A DNA stretch of 63,931 nucleotides, filler included, from Deltaproteobacteria bacterium (GTDB lineage: Bacteria; CG2-30-53-67), in the NCBI GenBank assembly GCA_013151235.1. It is 5 parts of 5 records of this genome, joined end to end, with 100 filler letters (N's around TTAATTAATTAA, not from the genome) between each part and the next. Parts side by side here need not be neighbours in the genome. Positions count along the whole stretch, not along the records: positions 49,862 to 60,618 come from JAADIO010000032.1; positions 60,719 to 63,931 come from JAADIO010000048.1; 3 more parts are not named here. One strand, written 5' to 3'. The translations under genes and the position numbers were made by a program. The notes beneath the pieces were generated by a model. It saw nothing but the letters and a program-made list of their open reading frames with translations. It ran no database searches and had not been told where the DNA came from. How positions within the stretch are numbered: position 1 is the stretch's first letter; the number at the start of each line of letters is the position of its first letter. This document shows, one piece after another, positions 58,101 through 63,931 of this stretch.

Positions 58101-60618
58101 GCGGGTTTTTCTCCCGCTACCGTGGAGTTGTTCGAAGCGCACGGGACCGGAACTGTGGTGGGGGATACGGCAGAGTTGGAGAGCACGACGAGCCTGCTGC
58201 GGCAGGCCGGGGCGCTTCCTCTGCATGCGGCCGTGGGATCTGTCAAAACCCTTATAGGGCATACGAAGGCTACGGCTGGAATCGCCGGATTGATCAAGTC
58301 TGTTTTGGCCCTGTATCATCATGTCTTGCCTCCGCATGCCGGGGTTGAGCGGCCGAACAGTACTCTCATGGATCCGGAGAGCCCCTTGTACCTTGTCGAT
58401 GAGGCTATGCCGTGGATCGAGGTGGGGGGACACCCGCGCCGTGCGGCCGCAAGCGCGTTCGGGTTCGGCGGAACCAATTTTCATGTTGTGATGGAAGAGT
58501 ATGCAGGAGAATACAGGCCGTGGCTGAAGGAATCTATAATGCAGCATCGGCCGGCGGAGTTGTGCCTGTTTTCGGGTTGTGACAGGAAGGAACTGATCTC
58601 CAGGTTGGAGGCGATAATCAGGGGGGGGGAGAAGGCCCGGGGGGTGGCATTGCGCGATGTCGCCTATAACCTTGCGCGTGGAGTGCGGACAGGCAAGGAA
58701 CGGGTTGCTGTTGTGGCGAAGGACCTGGATGAACTCCTCACCGGGACGGCGCATGCACTGGCTCGCCTGAAAGGTGACGAGGTGTCACCTGCCGCCGGGG
58801 GCTATGATAGCAGCACCTTGTCGTCTGCCGGCAAAGTCGCGGTTCTGTTCCCGGGACAGGGGGCGCAGTACGTCGGTATGTTCCGTGAACTGGCGGTCTT
58901 CTTTCCGGTCATCGCCGAGGCAATTTCGGATGCGGATGATCACCTTGGGGAACGTTTCGAGGAGCGCCATGGGCCGGGTTCAAGGCTGAGCCGTTTCATA
59001 TTCCCCAAGGGGACCTACGATGACCGGAGACTTGTGGAGGCCGGTGATTTCCTCAAAGCCACCGATATTGCCCAGCCGGCGCTGGGGGCCGTGGAGGCGG
59101 GTCTGTGGCGGTTGATGACCTCGCATTTCGGTTTGAAGGCGGACATGCTCGGCGGGCACAGCTATGGCGAATTTTCCGCCCTCTTTGCCGGAGGAGTGAT
59201 GGATTTCCCTACATTCATAAGGCTCTCAGAAGCGCGTGGCAGGTATATCGTGGATGCTGTATGTGAACATGGAGATGAGCTGGGCGGCATGGCTGCGGTC
59301 ATGGCTCCTCGCGAGGTTGTGGGCAGGATGATCGACGGTATGGATGATCTCGTGATTGCCAATCACAATGCTCCTGAACAAACGGTGATCTCGGGTTCTC
59401 TTTCAGCCCTCGGCAAGGCCGTTGAGATAATCACCGAAGCTGGCTTACAAGCCCGTGGGCTACCGGTCGCCGCCGCGTTTCATTCTCGTTTCGTAGAGCC
59501 GGCCAAGTCGGTTTTCGCGGAATCGATAAGGGAGACCCGTTGGAACGAACGGTCCATTCCGGTCTATTCCAATACCACCGGTTGCCCGCATGACCGGAAC
59601 GTGGAGCGGATGAAAGATACGATGATCGAGCACCTGGTCCGGCCGGTGGAGTTCGTCAGACAGGTCGAGGCCATGCATGGAGACGGGGCCCGTATATTTG
59701 TTGAGCTTGGTCCCGGGTCGATCCTTACAAGGTTGGTTGACCGTATCCTGGAGGGGAAGCCTCATCAGGCCTTTGCCGTGGACGCACACGGCGGCGGTGT
59801 TGTCGGGCTTCTGCATCTCCTGGGCCGTCTCTTTGCCTCCGGTCTTGACGTTGAAGTTCGTCCTCTGTTTGAAGGACGTGGATGCAGGGAGTGCGATCCT
59901 GATGATTTGCGAAGCCTTGTGCGGGCGGAGTCTGTTCCCGCCCATGCCTGGTTACTTAACGGGAGTGGCGCAAGGCCGTCAGGTACGCCGGTCAGGCAGG
60001 TGGGGGCTCTCCGGGAAGGCCGGTTTGGGCCTGACGGAGATACAGAGCGGCCGGAGACCAAAGCGGTTGAGGGACGCATGGGAAAGGAAGTGCCGGCTTT
60101 GCCCGGTGACGTGAAAAAATTGGAGGAAAGAGAGGGGCTTAAGATGGTTATGGACAGGCATGGGCGGACTTCTCCACAGTCGGAGATCATGTCGGAATAT
60201 TTTCTTACGATGCGGCGTTTCCTCGATACACAGGAGAGCATAATGTCGCAGTACATATCGGGAAGGACGGGACGGCCGCGCCGTGCCTCCCTCCCCTTGC
60301 AACGGTTGTCCCGGTCCGGGACGGAGATGGGTGTGGAGCCTTCTCTCGGATTTCGCAACGATTTGTCGGAAGAGAAACCGACCGGTGGAGGAGGCGTGAT
60401 CCCTGAGAGTGAAAGGCCCGTGGGGAGAAAGGCTGGACCTGTGGTTGCCGAAGACGGTAAACATACGTCGAGGAAGCCTGTCGGGGAAGTCGGAATACCT
60501 CGCAGCGAATCTCTGGAGGAGATTATCTATTCCATCGTCGAGGAGAAGACCGGCTACCCCCGCGAGATGGTCGGCCTGGATCAGGATCTGGAGGCGGATC
60601 TCGGTATCGATTCGATCA
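55104..60618 (+). CDS. Iterative type I PKS / PUFA-synthase-like protein: (FabK/NMO-type ER)x2-KS-AT-ACP (3'-truncated)
   Basis: Two FMN TIM-barrel-like repeats (LKGNEAGGRVG; VVQGPMARVSD...EGRECGGHIG...LFAGGIHD). KS with TTDAACASS, EAHGTGT and KTLIGHTKATAG. AT with FPGQGAQY, GHSYG and AAFHS. PfaA-type ACP (EKTGYPREMVGLDQDLEADLGIDSI). Confidence 0.93.
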
Positions 60619-60718
60619 NNNNNNNNNNNNNNNNNNNNNNNNNNNNNNNNNNNNNNNNNNNNTTAATTAATTAANNNNNNNNNNNNNNNNNNNNNNNNNN
60701 NNNNNNNNNNNNNNNNNN
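60619..60718. other. Artificial contig spacer
   Basis: N44-TTAATTAATTAA-N44. Confidence 0.99.
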
Positions 60719-60735
60719 ATTACGGTCAGATAGTG

Positions 60736-60767
60736 AAAAGACCGCCGGTTTTCCCGGCGGTCTTTTT
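60736..60767 (+). terminator. Rho-independent terminator
   Basis: AAAAGACCGCCGG-ttttc-CCGGCGGTC-TTTTT. Confidence 0.85.
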
Positions 60768-61008
60768 GGTTTGCCCGGCATGGCAGGCAAATCCAGTCCC
60801 GGTAATCGGAATGTCACCCCAATCAGCAGGAGAATCCGAAGGGTAAAATCGGGATGACCCGTCGGCCTGGTTCGGCGGGGACCGTTACCTGTCACAGCCT
60901 GCAAGGAGTGAAGTTCCTTGGCGTGAGCACCCACTCCACCTTCATCCGGATGCAGGCGGGGAAGATCCGGTCTTCCAAGGCCTGAATTCAGCAACTCACC
61001 CTTTTTGC

Positions 61009-61049
61009 TTGACTCAAAATTAATTTAATGATATTTAGATATTCAGATA
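61009..61049 (+). promoter_or_regulatory. Sigma70-type promoter of trxA-arsR with an overlapping imperfect palindrome
   Basis: TTGACT-N17-TATTTA; the imperfect dyad TATTTAGATATTCAGATA overlaps the -10 box. Confidence 0.5.
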
Positions 61050-61111
61050 AGGCTCTACATAATTTGTCAGAGTGAAAATTATAAACAGGATGAAAAAGAG
61101 GGAGGTCGATT

Positions 61112-61441
61112 GTGGGGTCTGATAAAATTATTACATTAAATGATCAGAACTTCGAAAATGAGGTGAAGGAATCCAAAATTCCCATCCTGGTTGACTTCTG
61201 GGCGGAATGGTGTGCGCCATGCAGGATGGTTGCTCCCGTTCTGGACGAACTTGCCGAGGAGTTTGACGGCAAGGTCAAGATTGGAAAAGTAAATGTTGAC
61301 CAAAACCGAACGGTTGCCGCTCAGTATGGGGTGATGTCCATTCCGACGCTGATTCTCTTCAAGAATGGCGAGTTGGTTGAACAGATGGTCGGTGCACAGC
61401 CGAAAGAAAACCTTCAGAAAGTCTTGCAATCAGCATTATAG
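61112..61441 (+). CDS. trxA: Thioredoxin
   Basis: LVDFWAEWCAPCRM and MSIPTLILFKNG; GGGAGG RBS with GTG start. Confidence 0.95.
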   Translation: MGSDKIITLNDQNFENEVKESKIPILVDFWAEWCAPCRMVAPVLDELAEEFDGKVKIGKVNVDQNRTVAAQYGVMSIPTLILFKNGELVEQMVGAQPKENLQKVLQSAL

Positions 61442-61468
61442 TCCTGTTGAACCCAACCAGGGAAAATT

Positions 61469-61780
61469 ATGGATTTTGAGAATGCGGCTGAACTCTTGAA
61501 GATCATGGGGCATCCCACGCGGTTGCGTATCCTGATGTATCTGAAGAGCGAAAATAAATGCGTGAAGAATATCTGGGAGAGTCTTGCTCTCCCGCAGGCA
61601 AATGTTTCGCAGCATTTGATCCTGATGAAGAACAAGGGGATTCTTGATTCGGAACGCAAAGGTTCACAGATCTGCTATTTTCTGAACAATGAACATGTTC
61701 TAAGCATACTGAATTTTCTTGAAGCCTCAAAGGATGTCGTAAATCCCATTGCCAAGAAGAATGGTCTTCATCGTCTCTGA
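61469..61780 (+). CDS. ArsR/SmtB-family transcriptional regulator
   Basis: LKIMGHPTRLRIL...CV...PQANVSQHL...GIL...RKG...CY winged HTH. Confidence 0.92.
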   Translation: MDFENAAELLKIMGHPTRLRILMYLKSENKCVKNIWESLALPQANVSQHLILMKNKGILDSERKGSQICYFLNNEHVLSILNFLEASKDVVNPIAKKNGLHRL

Positions 61781-61982
61781 GCCCGCCTCTTCCTTCCGGA
61801 GGTTTTCATTTTACAGCCTCCATTGATTCCATACTTACATCGGTGTTCAATTGTTCGGCTTTGGGAAAAGCCTGTTTTGGGTACATAATCCTGAAAACTG
61901 CTTGACAAAATGTGTACCCCCCGATAGATATAATAATGATTCTTTCACGCTTTGCAATATACCTTAAAGTAAGGAGGATGGA

Positions 61983-63374
61983 ATGAAAAAATTCATGACA
62001 CAACTATTGGGAGGAGTTGCGGCCGTCTTATTTCTGAGTTCTCCGGCTTGGGGGGCGGGGTTCCTGATCTTCGAACAGGGGGCCAAGGCGATGGGCATGG
62101 CCGGGGCTTTTACCGCAACGGCCGACGATCCGACGACGGTCTTCAACAACCCGGCAGGGATCACGCAATTAGAAGGAACGCAGATTTCTTTTGGGAACAC
62201 CTTCATCCGGAACGACCAGAGTTATGATGTGGACAGTGCCCTGATTGTCGGCAAGACTTATCATGAAGAGATGGGCTCCAAGACCTTTTTTCTTCCTCAC
62301 CTCTATGTCACCCAGAAATACAATGATCGACTGAGTGTCGGATTCGGTGTTTTCTCCCCCTTTGGGATCGGGACCGACTGGGCGGACAACTCCGTGGGAA
62401 ATTCCGTTGCAAACGAAACGACCATCAAGACCTACAACCTGAACCCCAACGTGGCGTATAAGATCACCCCGAAACTCTCTCTGGCCTTGGGGGTGAACTA
62501 CATCCGCACCAATATCCAGATTCAGCGGAGGATTGGTGCCGAATCGTTTGTTCCGGGTGTTACACCTGTTATGAGCTATGAAGTCCTTGGCCAAGAACAA
62601 TTGGGTCGCCTTCAGGTGGACGGTCGCGGTGGCGGCTGGGCCTACAATGTGGGGCTCCTCTACAAGATCAACGAATCCTGGCAGGCGGGCTTCTCCTACC
62701 GGAGCGATTACAAGATCGAGATTTCCCGGAGTCAGAGTTCCGTGACCTGGTCTAAAAGTTCCAAGCTCCTTTCCGATCTATCCGTGCTGAATCCCGCACT
62801 GGCGGCGGCTCCTTTTAATCCTCTTGTGAACTCTTCTACAGAAGGATTCACCCGTCTTAATCTTCCCGGGATCTTCCTGGCGGGGGTTTCCACGACCATG
62901 TTCGACCAATGGAATATCGAATTTGATGTGCAGTATACGACGTGGAACCATTTTGACGATATTGTTATTGAAGTTGAGCCCCCGTTGAACTTGAATCCGT
63001 TCTTGCCTGGAATTAAACCGGGTGTGGATATTACTCAGGATACCCTTCCTGCTTTGCAAGAAGACTGGGAGAATGGGTGGGGCTTTCATCTCGGTACGGA
63101 ATACCACTATACCGAAAACTTCGCCGTCCGAACCGGCTACTTCTACGACAAGAACCCCATTCCCGACCGAACCCTGGGACCGATCCTGCCCGACTCGGAC
63201 CGGCAAAGCTTTTCTCTCGGCTGTGGTTACACGAAGGGAAACTGGACAATGGATGCCGCCTACATGTATTCTCATTTTAAGAACCGGAGCACCGACAAAA
63301 ACTACCAGAATTTTAATGCCTCCTACAAGTCGGACTTTCAGCTATTGGGATTGACGTTGACACGGAAATTGTAA
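61983..63374 (+). CDS. fadL: FadL/OmpP1-family outer-membrane long-chain fatty acid/hydrocarbon channel
   Basis: Signal peptide then AGF...EQGAKAMGMAGAFTATADDPTTVFNNPAG; PFGIGTDW, NLNPNVAYK and GPILPDSDR. Confidence 0.9.
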   Translation: MKKFMTQLLGGVAAVLFLSSPAWGAGFLIFEQGAKAMGMAGAFTATADDPTTVFNNPAGITQLEGTQISFGNTFIRNDQSYDVDSALIVGKTYHEEMGSKTFFLPHLYVTQKYNDRLSVGFGVFSPFGIGTDWADNSVGNSVANETTIKTYNLNPNVAYKITPKLSLALGVNYIRTNIQIQRRIGAESFVPGVTPVMSYEVLGQEQLGRLQVDGRGGGWAYNVGLLYKINESWQAGFSYRSDYKIEISRSQSSVTWSKSSKLLSDLSVLNPALAAAPFNPLVNSSTEGFTRLNLPGIFLAGVSTTMFDQWNIEFDVQYTTWNHFDDIVIEVEPPLNLNPFLPGIKPGVDITQDTLPALQEDWENGWGFHLGTEYHYTENFAVRTGYFYDKNPIPDRTLGPILPDSDRQSFSLGCGYTKGNWTMDAAYMYSHFKNRSTDKNYQNFNASYKSDFQLLGLTLTRKL

Positions 63375-63392
63375 TATCGCGAGACATAATTG

Positions 63393-63431
63393 AACGGATA
63401 TGCCCGCCAACCCGGCGGGCATATCCGTTTT
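63393..63431 (+). terminator. Rho-independent terminator after fadL
   Basis: AACGGATATGCCCGCC-aaccc-GGCGGGCATATCCGTTTT. Confidence 0.85.
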
Positions 63432-63457
63432 GCGATATTTTTTCGCCCATGAGTTTC

Positions 63458-63486
63458 TTGACTCATGAAACCATTCATGGTAAAAC
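63458..63486 (+). promoter_or_regulatory. Sigma70-type promoter of the tRNA gene
   Basis: TTGACT-N17-TAAAAC followed by a GC-rich discriminator. Confidence 0.65.
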
Positions 63487-63508
63487 CTGCCCGGCCTTCC
63501 ACAAAAGC

Positions 63509-63585
63509 GCCCCCGTAGCTCAGGCGGATAGAGCACCGGTTTCCTAAACCGGGTGTCGGGTGTTCGAGTCACCCCGGGGGCGCCA
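63509..63585 (+). tRNA. tRNA-Arg (anticodon CCT)
   Basis: Acceptor GCCCCCG/CGGGGGC, D-arm TAGCTCAG...GATAGAGC, anticodon stem CCGGT/ACCGG with loop TTCCTAA, T-loop GTTCGAGTC, encoded CCA; 77 nt. Confidence 0.97.
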
Positions 63586-63800
63586 TAAATCCGACCATTA
63601 TTTATATCCTGTTGTTTATAAAAGGTTTTTACGTGTTCTGAAAACCGCTGCCCGAAAACATGGCTCCATATTTTTTGCAAATAATGCTGCAAATATTGTG
63701 GAAATGGTATACGAACATTTTCGATGACACTGCTGTCCGGATGTTTGGTTGCCAAAATCTTGTAACTATATGTTATAAAAGAGAAAAGCCTTGTTTTTGT

Positions 63801-63931
63801 CTGTCAGCTAACGGCAAACTGCACGATGTCAATATCCTCGACGAATTGGTTCCGCAACCGGGGCCTTCTGCATCATGGATCGCGGCTATCTCGATTTCGG
63901 AAGGCTTTATCGACTGACGTATCCTGCTTTT
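63801..63931 (+). pseudogene. IS4-family transposase fragment (frameshifted)
   Basis: GKLHDVNILDELVPQPG followed, after a frameshift, by FCIMDRGYLDFGRLYRL (HD and DRGY motifs of DDE_Tnp_1). Confidence 0.8.

Noticed and set aside
61902-61934. TTGACA and TATAAT upstream of fadL
   Set aside because: The two perfect hexamers are 21 nt apart and the 17-nt-spaced -10 (TAGATA) is weak. A promoter is likely but cannot be placed.
63660-63917. 85-aa ORF downstream of the tRNA
   Set aside because: Chance fusion of AT-rich junction DNA with part of the frameshifted IS4 fragment.

Overview
The window is five unrelated assembly fragments joined by artificial 100-nt spacers (N44-TTAATTAATTAA-N44 at 8524-8623, 18326-18425, 49762-49861 and 60619-60718), so adjacency across a spacer means nothing. 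The DNA is GC-rich and from a diderm bacterium; the gene content looks deltaproteobacterial (Desulfobacterota-like), which is an inference. Fragment 1 (1-8523) is a tightly coupled operon: multiheme cytochrome, large outer-membrane beta-barrel, NHL beta-propeller lipoprotein, 12-heme cytochrome with an OmcE-like N-terminal module, and a PpiC chaperone, followed by two GT-C glycosyltransferases. It is a candidate cytochrome-nanowire export/assembly system and the best lead in the window. Fragment 2 (8624-18325) has surface-glycan glycosyltransferases, a MITE with a 6-bp target duplication, an MNT-HEPN toxin-antitoxin pair, an internally deleted AAA gene, and a stand-alone OmcE-like cytochrome whose sigma54 promoter carries a 5-bp tandem duplication. 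Fragment 3 (18426-49761) has an arn (L-Ara4N) lipid A modification operon with split arnA and a second GT2/LAB_N/ArnT module, lpxL, a REC-GGDEF-HD-GYP protein, a GlrK/QseG/GlrR-like system, three sensor kinases, ABC-F, typA, glpD, glpQ and a PEP-CTERM protein. Fragment 4 (49862-60618) has clpB, a leaderless Cys-rich mini-protein, an IS1634 remnant, an 8-EF-hand protein and a sigma54-driven PfaA-like iterative PKS with a duplicated N-terminal flavin enoyl-reductase domain. Fragment 5 (60719-63931) has trxA-arsR, fadL, tRNA-Arg(CCT) and an IS4 remnant. Several families of small palindromic repeats are scattered throughout. I found no CRISPR array or rRNA. All family assignments come from motif recognition by eye; no database search was run.
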